From: a virus
Lineage: Duplodnaviria; Caudoviricetes
Virus record (IMG/VR): IMGVR_UViG_3300025838_000117
Span: 1-25,811 of that record
Length of the DNA stretch: 25,811 nucleotides
Strand: one strand, 5' to 3'
Part shown: positions 7,756 to 17,665 of the stretch, piece by piece
Layout of the letters: each line of letters opens with the position of its first letter
Numbering within the stretch: the first letter of the stretch is position 1
The notes under the pieces: model-generated
What the model was told of the DNA's origin: nothing
The model's input: only the letters and a program-made list of their open reading frames with translations
Database searches by the model: none
Program-made: the position numbers and the translations under genes

Positions 7756-8979
7756 ATGTCTTATGTTGAGCAAAATGATTATGTCAGTAGTGATCTCGGT
7801 CTTGTCAAAATATCAGGTGATATTGGTGGAATTCATTGGCCTGATGTTACCATTAAAGAAATCGTTATTGGTGAAAGTTTAATCAATCCCGGTCTCATGA
7901 CTTCCGTTACGGTACAGTCTGCTCCATATTCTTCTAATAGTAATGGTTATAAGAACCTTATGGACCTTAAAGGCAAACAACTAAATCTTAATTTATCAAA
8001 CCGATTAGGAAGAAGTCTCAGCATTTCAAATATGACGGTTTACAGATTAGACAACCGTTCAATGATGCCTATTAACCTCGGTAAAACTGAAGAATTTACA
8101 TTTCATACTTGTCATCAATCCTTATTGGATGATGCTCAACATGTTATGAGCAAGTCATGGAAATGCGTCACACCGGACCAGGTTGTTGGTGCTGCATTAG
8201 ATTGTGTTGGTTCGGCCGGTAATAGAAGTATATTATCGTGTAGTCCATCCAGAGATTATATTGCTGAGATGATCCATCCATATCAAGTTATTCAGCAGCA
8301 AGCAAATGTGGCCTTAGATGGTGATGATCCATCATTCCTACACTATATGACACACGAAGGTGGTGGCAAGCATTGGTTCAGATCATTAAAAAGTATGATG
8401 ACGGCAAGTGATAAACAAGTTTATACTTTCTCTTCTAATGAGGTCGGTGTTCTTACTCAATCGGATTATAATAATCCGGATAATTTAAACAAAGTAATTG
8501 TTTTTGAGTTTCCTTGTTTCTTTGACTTGCTTGCGGATCTCCTAAATGGTGTTGGACCTAATGGACAAAATCTAAATGTCGTTACGACTTGGAACCCTTC
8601 TAACATGGCTGCATCTTTAATAGGTGGTAGTGGAAACATGATGTCAGACGGATGTATTCCTGCCACTAACGTTAAACAATCAATGACAAACAAAGGTAGT
8701 GGACAACAAGATTATGGATGTCCGACAGATGTTGAAAGTCATTTGTTATTGAGACAGGCCAGAATGGGTCTACTAGAAAGAGATAAGATTGCATTAAGAT
8801 TTACGGTACCATGGGCACCTGATGTCCATGTGGGTGATAGAGTCCAATTTAACTGGTTTGATCCTAATAGGTCACTAATGCCGGATTCGGACTCTTTTGT
8901 TGTTTCGTCTCTTATGCACAAAATACAATTCGGCGGTTTTTCTACAACAACTTTTGATTGTATTAGAACCAGATATTAG
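7756..8979 (+). CDS. Probable baseplate hub protein (gp27/VgrG-N-like), divergent
   Basis: About 400 aa, between gp53 and gp5. IKEIVIGESL.NP.L at the N-terminus, WFRSLKSM in the middle, and FTVPW...VGDRVQF...FVVSSLMHKI...STTTFDC at the C-terminus, a hub-like pattern. Confidence 0.6.
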   Translation: MSYVEQNDYVSSDLGLVKISGDIGGIHWPDVTIKEIVIGESLINPGLMTSVTVQSAPYSSNSNGYKNLMDLKGKQLNLNLSNRLGRSLSISNMTVYRLDNRSMMPINLGKTEEFTFHTCHQSLLDDAQHVMSKSWKCVTPDQVVGAALDCVGSAGNRSILSCSPSRDYIAEMIHPYQVIQQQANVALDGDDPSFLHYMTHEGGGKHWFRSLKSMMTASDKQVYTFSSNEVGVLTQSDYNNPDNLNKVIVFEFPCFFDLLADLLNGVGPNGQNLNVVTTWNPSNMAASLIGGSGNMMSDGCIPATNVKQSMTNKGSGQQDYGCPTDVESHLLLRQARMGLLERDKIALRFTVPWAPDVHVGDRVQFNWFDPNRSLMPDSDSFVVSSLMHKIQFGGFSTTTFDCIRTRY

Positions 8980-8992
8980 AGGTTGATATAAC

Positions 8993-10558
8993 ATGGCAAA
9001 TTATAATAGTTTTCCAGGTCCTTTTGGTGGTCTTGTTTGGGGTATTGTCGGTGGAGGTGATGACAGTGATCCAGCATCCGATCATGGTGGCGGTGTAAGG
9101 TTTTATTCACCAACCGATCATAGTCCAGAAGGTGTGAACCTTGAGGATTTACCATTTTCTATGAGAAGTGTTGGTGCCACTCAGTTTATGCAACAGATGT
9201 TTGGTGGTACACCAGATCCAGGCACACCTGTATTGATGATGAAATCACAGGGTAGTCCTGGTGGTGTTATCATTGGCCAGATGAACTCATTAATGAATCC
9301 TGGTTCAGGTGGTTCTGGTAGTCTATTAAGTAATAATCAACATTTCCAAGAATTAAAGAACCGTAAGCTTAATGTTAGTGCCCCGCCTCGTATTCAGGAA
9401 TCAACTGGTGACGATGGTGTTCAGATTAGAAAGATTATGGAAACAGGTGAACAACACCATTTAGGTTTGCTTGAAGGCCTTCCTCTAAACGGTGCTTTGT
9501 TTAATATGACAGGGTTTAGATTACCTGAATTGCCTAATGTTCCAACCGCATTGCAGACCAATGATGGTATGATGATGCTTGAACAACTCCAGCAAATGGT
9601 CGGACAGATTATGTCACTCGGTCAGATGTTTGCTGGCCTTGCAGGTAACCAAGGCGGCGGAGGCGGCGGTGGTGGTTTTCCTAATGGTTTCGGTTCTGGT
9701 AATCCAGGTGGATCAACATATGTCTATGATGCAAATACCGTCATGGCTACAGTTGAGGCCGATACTGCCAATAATAATCCTTATGGCGGCAGTCAATTCT
9801 ATTCTGCTAATAACCGTTTAATTTCCATTCAGAACCAGGTGCCATCAGAGGTTGCTCTTGCTATTGGAAACCTGGCAAAAACAATTCAAGGCCTTGAAGT
9901 CAATAATGGTGTTTCATTCTTCACCGGTGGTGTGGTGCATCAAGATACTTACTTGCAAAATGCCGAAAATCTCATGTGTCAGTGTAAGTCAATAGATGAT
10001 TTGATGAATGTGTTGTCGAGGTTACAACATGATACCACATTATTCGGCACAGAAAAGTTGGAAGATGTTTATGTAACGGTCGAGACATCATATGGTCCTA
10101 TGGGTTCGGTGGTTGACTTTACTGGTAATGTTTATGTTCAATATGATGAAACCACAATGGCAGCAATGAACGCATTTTCGGCCAACGCCAGCAGCAATAC
10201 AACCAGTCCTGCCGTTGGTTCAGTTCCTTATGATTATGTACCGTCTTCTGGAAGTGGTGGAAGTGGTGGTATCGGCGGCGGAGGAGGTGACGGCGGAGGT
10301 GGTAGTGGTATAGATGTTGGCGGCCTTATGGGAATGTTTGGTAAGTCTGCTGGTATTATGCAAGAAATGATGAAACGATTACATCCACAAGGTGAAAAGA
10401 CTGCCAGACAATTGTATCAAAAGGTAAATGAAGGACAGGAATCTCAGCAACTATTTGAGATTAACAAAAAGACATTAAACAATGGTGATCCATTTGAAGG
10501 TGGCAACTTTGAAAGTATAGCTGGCACAGACCAATTTAATTTACAATTCGGACCATAA
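8993..10558 (+). CDS. gp5 N-terminal (OB-fold-like) protein with a long Gly/Gln/Met-rich unknown C-terminal region
   Basis: WGIVGG.DDSDP..DHGGGVRFYSP.DH...DLPF...PDPGTPVLMM...GVIIG resembles the gp5 OB-fold pattern (GVVEDR.DP...GRVRVR..G.H..LPW...P..GT.V...VLG). No lysozyme motif seen. GAGG SD. Confidence 0.55.
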   Translation: MANYNSFPGPFGGLVWGIVGGGDDSDPASDHGGGVRFYSPTDHSPEGVNLEDLPFSMRSVGATQFMQQMFGGTPDPGTPVLMMKSQGSPGGVIIGQMNSLMNPGSGGSGSLLSNNQHFQELKNRKLNVSAPPRIQESTGDDGVQIRKIMETGEQHHLGLLEGLPLNGALFNMTGFRLPELPNVPTALQTNDGMMMLEQLQQMVGQIMSLGQMFAGLAGNQGGGGGGGGFPNGFGSGNPGGSTYVYDANTVMATVEADTANNNPYGGSQFYSANNRLISIQNQVPSEVALAIGNLAKTIQGLEVNNGVSFFTGGVVHQDTYLQNAENLMCQCKSIDDLMNVLSRLQHDTTLFGTEKLEDVYVTVETSYGPMGSVVDFTGNVYVQYDETTMAAMNAFSANASSNTTSPAVGSVPYDYVPSSGSGGSGGIGGGGGDGGGGSGIDVGGLMGMFGKSAGIMQEMMKRLHPQGEKTARQLYQKVNEGQESQQLFEINKKTLNNGDPFEGGNFESIAGTDQFNLQFGP

Positions 10559-10573
10559 TAGAGGATTATAAAA

Positions 10574-11791
10574 ATGGCAGATACAGGATCAGGATCAGGA
10601 GAAATTTCTTTTAATACAAATAAGAAAAGAAAAAAATCACCTAAAAAAGTTACTTATAATAAAGATGCCAGGTCTGCTCAGAGTGCTGGTGAATATCCGA
10701 ACTATATGTGTTGGAAAGACCGTTGTGGTAATTCTCTATCTTTTGATTATTCAAAAGGTACCGAAACTGTAACACTACAACACCGTTCTGGTACTGCAAT
10801 ACAAATGCGTCCAGACGGTGGTCTACAGATGACCACACATAACGGTAAGTATGAGGTAATCTTTGGTGAAGATCGTGTTACCATTTCAGGTGCTCAGGAT
10901 GTTACTGTTAAAGGTGATGCTTCTCTCCGTGTATATGGTGACCAAAATGTTACCGTTCATGGTAATTATAATCTTGCCGTTATGGGTGATCTTAATATCA
11001 CCGCCAAGAATAAGAACCAACTAATTCGTGGTAATAAAGACACCATTGCTAAGAATGAAACAAAGAAGGTAGAAGGTTCTTCATCAGGTACATATGGAGG
11101 TGGTTATGCCAGATCCTCTTCTGCCTCTGCCTCGGTTATCTCAAGAACTGGTACCGCTTACTTTGGTGCTGGTGAAGGTGTTAGTGTTGTAAAGGCTGGT
11201 AAAACACAAGATGGTAATGTTCTTGTCAGAAATAAAAAAGGTAAAACCGTTCACCAAAACGATGACGGTGCCCACCAACTTAAAGTAACTGACAGTGGAC
11301 AAGAAGTTTCACAGACAATACAAAGTGGTTCTGTTAGTGTTAAGGCTGATAAAGATTTTACCTCAGAGGTACAAGGCGCACAACACCACAAGGTACAAAA
11401 AGATTATGGTGTTACCGCACAAGGTGGTGCCAAGATTTCAACTCAACAAAGTGTGCAATTCCAAACACAACAAAACTTCCAGGTTCAAGCACAGCAAAAA
11501 GCACAACTAAGAGGTGAGTCCGCTGCAAGTCTTGATAGTTCCGGACAAACACATGTTGGATCCGACGCAGGCCTTGTTAGCATTAAAGGTACTGGTGGAG
11601 GTGTTGCTATTGACGGTCAACAAGTAAGTCTTAATAGTGGTTTGTCACAAATCTTTCAACAAATTACAGGTATGCAGTTTGAATTACCAGGTATTCTAGA
11701 CCAGTTACAATTGCCAAGTATGTCAAGTCCAGGCGCACAATCTGCACAAGAAGAACCGGATGCTTCATCTTGGACACAAGGTCTGGCTTGA
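10574..11791 (+). CDS. gp5 C-terminal-like central spike (triple beta-helix)
   Basis: GEYPNYMCWKDRCGNSLSFDYSKGTETVTLQHRSGTAIQMRPDG resembles the start of gp5C. 8-residue V.GD/V.GN repeats follow (VKGDASLR VYGDQNVT VHGNYNLA VMGDLNIT), then an IDGQQVSLN tip-like motif. Confidence 0.85.
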   Translation: MADTGSGSGEISFNTNKKRKKSPKKVTYNKDARSAQSAGEYPNYMCWKDRCGNSLSFDYSKGTETVTLQHRSGTAIQMRPDGGLQMTTHNGKYEVIFGEDRVTISGAQDVTVKGDASLRVYGDQNVTVHGNYNLAVMGDLNITAKNKNQLIRGNKDTIAKNETKKVEGSSSGTYGGGYARSSSASASVISRTGTAYFGAGEGVSVVKAGKTQDGNVLVRNKKGKTVHQNDDGAHQLKVTDSGQEVSQTIQSGSVSVKADKDFTSEVQGAQHHKVQKDYGVTAQGGAKISTQQSVQFQTQQNFQVQAQQKAQLRGESAASLDSSGQTHVGSDAGLVSIKGTGGGVAIDGQQVSLNSGLSQIFQQITGMQFELPGILDQLQLPSMSSPGAQSAQEEPDASSWTQGLA

Positions 11792-11792
11792 C

Positions 11793-11800
11793 ACTAAATA
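11793..11800 (+). promoter_or_regulatory. Late promoter variant (ACTAAATA) upstream of gp25
   Basis: Intergenic, 24 nt before the gp25 ATG, followed by a GAGG SD. Confidence 0.65.
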
Positions 11801-11824
11801 AAGGATAAACAACAGAGGTCATAA

Positions 11825-12232
11825 ATGGCAACTCCAATAACAGTTAATAGAGCACCAGATTATACAGATTTAGATTTGGATTTTATGGTAAATCCAAGAA
11901 CCAATCAACTTATTTTGCAAACAGGTGTTGATGCCATTAAAAGGTCAGTGCGTAATCTAATATTTACAAATAACTTTGAAAGACCTTTTCAGTCTTATAT
12001 TGGTTCTGGTATTAGGTCATTTTTGTTTGAAAACTATGGTCCACTAACAACTATTGCATTACAGGATCAGATTAAATTAACATTGTCACAGTTTGAACCA
12101 AGAATAACACTTGATGATGTTATAGTAACCGAAGATTTGGATAACAATGGGTTTTCAGTTACAATTCAATATCACATTAATAACACCAGTATGCCAATTG
12201 TAACATCATTGTTCCTCGAAAGGATTAGATAA
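11825..12232 (+). CDS. gp25: Baseplate wedge subunit gp25
   Basis: YTDLDLDF..NP, AIKRSVRNLIFT...ERPF...IGS.I...LFE, FEPRI, LFLERIR. Confidence 0.95.
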   Translation: MATPITVNRAPDYTDLDLDFMVNPRTNQLILQTGVDAIKRSVRNLIFTNNFERPFQSYIGSGIRSFLFENYGPLTTIALQDQIKLTLSQFEPRITLDDVIVTEDLDNNGFSVTIQYHINNTSMPIVTSLFLERIR

Positions 12233-12236
12233 TAAT

Positions 12237-14321
12237 ATGTCTACCGCAAATACATCGGCACTTAATGTTTCCGACTTAGACTTTTTTAGTATTCGGAATA
12301 ACCTCAAAGAATTTCTTCGTAGTCAAGATACATTCACTGACTATGACTTTGAAGGATCTGGTTTATCCGTATTACTTGATGTTCTTGCCTATAACACATA
12401 TTATAATTCTTTCTATATGAATATGATAGCAAATGAGTCGTTTCTTGATACGGCTCAGATTAGATCCAATATTCTTTCACACGCCAAAATGATTAACTAT
12501 ATTCCAACATCAATGAAAGGAGCCATAGCTCGCATTGATGTATTATTGACACCATCACCAAACGAGAATAGAAATCTTAATGTAGTTACTCTTGGTAGTT
12601 ATACCCGATTAACAGGCACAGACACAGCCGGTGTTCCTCATCCATTCATAACAATTGATTCAACATCAGCATATAAAGCAAACGGTCAGTTTTATTTTCC
12701 TAACGTTGCCATTCAGCAAGGGCAGGTTATTACACAACAATATCTTTGCAATGCTAATAATTTTTCTAGACAATTTGTCCTTCCATCAGCAAATGTCGAT
12801 ACGTCAACCATAAAGGTTTCTGTCCAGGAGTCAGCATCTAACACATTTATAACAGAATATAAATTGTCTGAAGATATGACAACTCTGAGTTCCAACTCAC
12901 AAGTTTATTTTGTTGAAGAAGATCAGAATGAACAGTGGAAAGTATATTTTGGTGATGGCATCATTGGTTACAGACCAAAAGATGGTAACATTGTTCAGGT
13001 ATCATATATTGAAACCAATGGAGCAATGGCCAATGATGTTATGAAGTTTGGTTTTGTCGATCCTATTGCAGGCATCTATAAAGACAGCATCAGTGTTATA
13101 ACCACCCAGAAAGCATATGGTGGTGCCGATAAAGAGGACATTGATAAAATCAGATTCCATGCTCCACAATATTATGCTGCACAGAACCGTGCCGTAACAG
13201 TTGATGACTATGAGTCCATTATTACCAAAAACTACACAAACATAGACACCGTTGCTGTTTGGGGCGGAGAAGAAAATGATCCACCTGAATATGGTAAAGT
13301 TTTCATATCTCTTAAAACAAAAGGTTACTACACTTTAACAAACTTTGAAAAAGAAAATATAAGAAATCAACTTATCAAAAATATAAATGTTATGACCGTT
13401 ACACCGGAACTTATTGATCCGGATTATATGTTCATCCTTGTTAAAGGTACTGTAACTTACAATCCTAATATCACATCAAAAAGTTCAACTACTTTGCTTG
13501 GTATTGTTAACGATGCCATAATGAATTATGCAGAGACCGAACTTAATACATTCAAGTCCACTTTCCGTAAATCAAAGTTGCAATCATACATTGAAAGTTC
13601 TGATATTGCAATAACCGGTTCAGATATTGATATAGTTGTTCAAAAGAGAGTGACACTATCATTGCAAAAAAATGTAAAGTATAATATTTCATTCAATACA
13701 CCATTGTTAAGAAGTGATTATGTTACTAAAAATTTCTTTACATTTCCTTCAATGTCTGTTTATGATAAAACATTGGCACTACAGAATGTAACTGTAACAG
13801 ACATTCCGAACGCAAATACAGGTGTTGCTGCTATTACTATCACCAAATCTGGTCATAGATTTTTAGAACCACCTATTGTTGTTATTTCTGGTGATGGTGT
13901 AGGTGCAAATGCTTATGCTGTTCTTTCAGGTGATCGAGTTTCAAATATTGTGGTTGATAGACCAGGCATCAACTATACTCATGCAAATATATCAATTATA
14001 GGAGGAGGCGGAACACAAGCAGAAGCCAATGCTATCCTGGAAGAAGATATTGGTGCTCTAGAAACTTTTTACATCGAACCAAATGGTGCCAAGATTGTTG
14101 TTAATCCATATGCTGGAACTATTGATTATGCTAATGGCACTGCCATTATATCCGTATCATCTCAGGCGTCAGCAAATAATCCTTTCTATGAAGATGGTGT
14201 AATGACATTCAATGCTATACCTAAGTCACAGATCATTCCACCTGGTAAAAATAGAATTATCACATTGGATGTAAATAACCCACAAAGCATACAAATTAAC
14301 ATGGTAGCACAACCAGAATGA
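12237..14321 (+). CDS. gp6: Baseplate wedge subunit gp6
   Basis: LDFFSIRNNLKEFLRSQ..FTDYDFEGSGLSVLLDVLAYNTYYN, NESFLDTA, YFGDGIIG, QNRAVTVDDY, WGGEENDPPEYGKVFIS. Confidence 0.96.
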   Translation: MSTANTSALNVSDLDFFSIRNNLKEFLRSQDTFTDYDFEGSGLSVLLDVLAYNTYYNSFYMNMIANESFLDTAQIRSNILSHAKMINYIPTSMKGAIARIDVLLTPSPNENRNLNVVTLGSYTRLTGTDTAGVPHPFITIDSTSAYKANGQFYFPNVAIQQGQVITQQYLCNANNFSRQFVLPSANVDTSTIKVSVQESASNTFITEYKLSEDMTTLSSNSQVYFVEEDQNEQWKVYFGDGIIGYRPKDGNIVQVSYIETNGAMANDVMKFGFVDPIAGIYKDSISVITTQKAYGGADKEDIDKIRFHAPQYYAAQNRAVTVDDYESIITKNYTNIDTVAVWGGEENDPPEYGKVFISLKTKGYYTLTNFEKENIRNQLIKNINVMTVTPELIDPDYMFILVKGTVTYNPNITSKSSTTLLGIVNDAIMNYAETELNTFKSTFRKSKLQSYIESSDIAITGSDIDIVVQKRVTLSLQKNVKYNISFNTPLLRSDYVTKNFFTFPSMSVYDKTLALQNVTVTDIPNANTGVAAITITKSGHRFLEPPIVVISGDGVGANAYAVLSGDRVSNIVVDRPGINYTHANISIIGGGGTQAEANAILEEDIGALETFYIEPNGAKIVVNPYAGTIDYANGTAIISVSSQASANNPFYEDGVMTFNAIPKSQIIPPGKNRIITLDVNNPQSIQINMVAQPE

Positions 14322-17300
14322 CCGTAACACCATCAAACAATAGAACATCTATACTTGTACCTTCACAATTACCTGAGTTTATTAGGGAAGATTCAAATAA
14401 TTTTGTTCAATTTTTACAATCTTATTATCAATTTCTTGAAGACAAAGATTATAGAAAAGCAATTCAAAGTAATCTATCCGTAAGTACCGCTATTGGACCT
14501 GATGGTGTTAATCAGAACACTAACATTGTATATCTTAGTTCAACAGTAGCCACTTCCAATGTTCTTTTTAAAAGTGGCGATAAAGTTAGTATAGATGGAC
14601 ACATTACCTTCGTCAAAGATCAGTTTGCTCTGAGCAATCTATCGGTTATTCCAATTGCCACCAATGAAAGATCAGTAACTACTAATTATGTTTATGTATC
14701 TAATACATCAAATTTGACATTAAAAACTTTCAATTCAGATGTTCCTATTTCAAACGGGTCTAAAGTTGTTATTAATGGAGTAGTTACTAGTGTTTCAAAT
14801 CTGACAAATAATTTTTTCAATGTCACTCCTAATGTTGCTTTTAATCAGATTGAAGATAGTGTTTTTATGTATAATATATCTGCTAAAAATACTCTCACTT
14901 TATCTGATATGATAACTTCTAATTCGGCATTATGGTCTTCATTAAAAGTTTCTACAATTGCAGCAACACCGTATAGCACTTCGATATATGTTAATCCACC
15001 TGTTCCAACTCGTATTGTTCAAGGTGATTTCTATATCTATGATAAAAGGACGTTCGTTGCTAATAACCACTTGATGAATATCACCAAAAACTGGACTCGT
15101 TATTTTGATATTGACATTGCCACTACGGATAGTCAACAAGTCACACAAAAGCTGTATGATAATTTTATTAAAGTGTTGCCAAAAAATCTGATTGCCGATA
15201 AATCACTGATTGCCAAACATGCCAAAGAATTTTATCGTGCTAAAGGTACTCAGAGATCCATCCAGTTCCTTCTTAGGGCATTGTATAACACCGAATCCGA
15301 TTTTTATTATCCTCAGTCAGATATTCTTCGTGCTTCTGATGGTAAATGGTATGTTGAAAAGTCCATTCGTATTACCAACACCATGTCAAACAATGTATCA
15401 AATACAATGGCAGAATCATTATTTGTTAATCATCAGATCACAGGTAAATCTTCTGGTGCAATTGCTCTTGTAGAAGGTGTCAACATATATTATAAAAACG
15501 GTGTATTGGTTACCGAACTTACAGTTTCAAACTCAAGTAAACCATTCTTTAGTAATGAGGACATTTACACATTTTATCAGGATTCTTTAACATCAGGAAC
15601 AAAGTATGCATCTGCTACCATCTTTGGTGGTCAGATTGTTGATACACAAATTGTCTATGGTGGTACCGGTTATCTCGAAGGTATGGTTATTCCTGTAATA
15701 CCAACCGACAATACTGGTAATGGTGCTAAGATAGTCGTCTCAAAGGTTTCTAGAGGTGGTATTAACAGAGTTTATGTTGGTTCTAATAATACCATTGGTT
15801 TGCCTGACTTAGGTGGAGTAGGATACCGAGTTGATGATTTTGTTCTTATTACCGGAGGTGGTGGTACTGGTGCCTTGGCTGGTATCGAATCGGTATGGGA
15901 TAATAACTTTTATCATCCAAACACTTATAATCTTACTTCAACTACCATCGGCGATGTTGCCGATTATTTGCTAGAGAGTTATGGAGTAGATGCTCCTAAT
16001 TTTAACATACAAGATACAACAGTAATTGCCGATGCAGTAGTTGCGGATTCTGTAAATTACTGGACATATGATCAAACAGGTCCGGCCAAGTTCGTATATG
16101 TTATTGAAGAAGGACAGGATTATGGTACTTCATTACCAAACTTCACCGTTGAGGCCAATACAAGAATATTAAATCTAGGTATTCTAGGTAAAATGAAAAT
16201 TGTTGATGGTGGTCTTAACTATCGGGTAAATGACATCATTGAGTTTATTAATAAAGAAAATTATAGTTACGGCGCCGGTGCCACCGCTAATGTAAGAAAT
16301 GTTGCTGCTAATGGAATGATCACAGAAGTTCATTTCTTGCCTATGCACGGACATTTTACAGGTGGATCAGGATACAATCAAGACTATTTACCAACCTGCA
16401 ATGTTAGGTCTGCCACAGGTAATGGTGCCAATATTGTGGTAACAAATATTCTGGGAACAGGTGGTTCATTCACATTTACAACTGAAAGTTTAGGCATTAT
16501 TAAAGCACTTAAAATTCTGAATGGTGGTACGGCATATACCACACCACCTATTCTTGACCTAACCGGATTGGGTGATGGAACCGCCCAAGTTGTTGCTGGA
16601 TCTGTTACAGGAATATACAAATATCCAGGTAGATATATCAGTGAAGATGGATTTTTGAGTTCTAAGAACAAATTGGAAAACCGTGATTATTATCAAAGCT
16701 TCTCTTATGTAATTAAGTCTCAGTCTCCGATTGCTATGTATAAGCCTTTGTTACAATCACTAGCTCATCCTGCTGGTACTGTTATGTATGGAATGTATCA
16801 GATGGTTAACACCGCCAATGCTACAATGAACGTATCTCAGACATTCAATTCATCAAATACTATTTCAATTTCACCTGACGGCCTTGCTCTTTATCTAGAT
16901 AGTGCCAATACTATTGATCCATTCACAGGTGTTGGTTATGAATACAGTATCTTTGATGATAATAAACAATACATATTTGATGACAGTGGTTTAATAACTC
17001 CTATACATGGTATTTCTATAGATAGCAGTGCATATTATCACCCAACAACTTGGGTTAGTTTGGCAGATTACGGTTATGTTGGACAAATCTATAACGGTGC
17101 TGCCATTAATCAAGAAACTGGTGTATTACAATTTGATGGGACTAACGAGTTTGCATATCTTCCTGCTAACTATTTACTTGATTTACCTATACTAACAGTT
17201 GAGGCATGGTTTGCACCAGAGACCCTTTTTGAGAGAGGATACATAGTTGAAAAGGGATTTAGAAACCAGCAATATGGACTGCTTTTAGAACTTTCTCCTA

Positions 17301-17665
17301 GGAAAGACGATACCTTTCTTACTTGGAGAGCAAACATTGATGGTTATGTCAAAGATATGGTCAAAGCCCGTTCAAGTAAATATCTAAATCTTGGATGGAA
17401 TCATGTTGCTGTTACTTATACACCGGGCGCCCAGGTAATGTATATCAATGGTCAGTTCGCAGGTGCCAACAATGTTGTAGGTAACATGGCAAGTCCTCCT
17501 GCAGGTATAACAATTGCTGCTTCCGGTTCTGTGAGTGCTAAAATTCCTGACAGAACTTATTACTTTGCTGGTAAGATTGGTATTGTTAGAGTATATGGCC
17601 GAGTATTGGATGTAATTGAAATAGAAAAGAACTTTAACAGAGAACGAATAAGGTTTGGATTATAA
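14318..17665 (+). CDS. gp7: Baseplate wedge initiator (gp7-like) with a C-terminal LamG/concanavalin-A-like domain
   Basis: SQLPEFIRED..NFVQFLQSYYQFLE, KEFYRAKGT..SIQFLLRALY, LRASDGKW, DYYQSFSYVIKS, HPAG. Lies between gp6 and gp8. LamG motifs from about 16874. Confidence 0.85.
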   Translation: MTVTPSNNRTSILVPSQLPEFIREDSNNFVQFLQSYYQFLEDKDYRKAIQSNLSVSTAIGPDGVNQNTNIVYLSSTVATSNVLFKSGDKVSIDGHITFVKDQFALSNLSVIPIATNERSVTTNYVYVSNTSNLTLKTFNSDVPISNGSKVVINGVVTSVSNLTNNFFNVTPNVAFNQIEDSVFMYNISAKNTLTLSDMITSNSALWSSLKVSTIAATPYSTSIYVNPPVPTRIVQGDFYIYDKRTFVANNHLMNITKNWTRYFDIDIATTDSQQVTQKLYDNFIKVLPKNLIADKSLIAKHAKEFYRAKGTQRSIQFLLRALYNTESDFYYPQSDILRASDGKWYVEKSIRITNTMSNNVSNTMAESLFVNHQITGKSSGAIALVEGVNIYYKNGVLVTELTVSNSSKPFFSNEDIYTFYQDSLTSGTKYASATIFGGQIVDTQIVYGGTGYLEGMVIPVIPTDNTGNGAKIVVSKVSRGGINRVYVGSNNTIGLPDLGGVGYRVDDFVLITGGGGTGALAGIESVWDNNFYHPNTYNLTSTTIGDVADYLLESYGVDAPNFNIQDTTVIADAVVADSVNYWTYDQTGPAKFVYVIEEGQDYGTSLPNFTVEANTRILNLGILGKMKIVDGGLNYRVNDIIEFINKENYSYGAGATANVRNVAANGMITEVHFLPMHGHFTGGSGYNQDYLPTCNVRSATGNGANIVVTNILGTGGSFTFTTESLGIIKALKILNGGTAYTTPPILDLTGLGDGTAQVVAGSVTGIYKYPGRYISEDGFLSSKNKLENRDYYQSFSYVIKSQSPIAMYKPLLQSLAHPAGTVMYGMYQMVNTANATMNVSQTFNSSNTISISPDGLALYLDSANTIDPFTGVGYEYSIFDDNKQYIFDDSGLITPIHGISIDSSAYYHPTTWVSLADYGYVGQIYNGAAINQETGVLQFDGTNEFAYLPANYLLDLPILTVEAWFAPETLFERGYIVEKGFRNQQYGLLLELSPRKDDTFLTWRANIDGYVKDMVKARSSKYLNLGWNHVAVTYTPGAQVMYINGQFAGANNVVGNMASPPAGITIAASGSVSAKIPDRTYYFAGKIGIVRVYGRVLDVIEIEKNFNRERIRFGL

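Noticed and set aside
10248-10310. GGN-rich tandem repeats (also 9650-9680, and GGATCA repeats near 10585)
   Set aside because: They encode in-frame Gly/Ser linkers with varied third positions. No evidence of a DNA-level element.
4437-14321. Bacterial T6SS/eCIS/tailocin locus (VgrG-like spike, gp25, VgrG3-like effector domain)
   Set aside because: The presence of gp32, gp2, gp4 and T4-type late promoters indicates a true T4-like phage genome.
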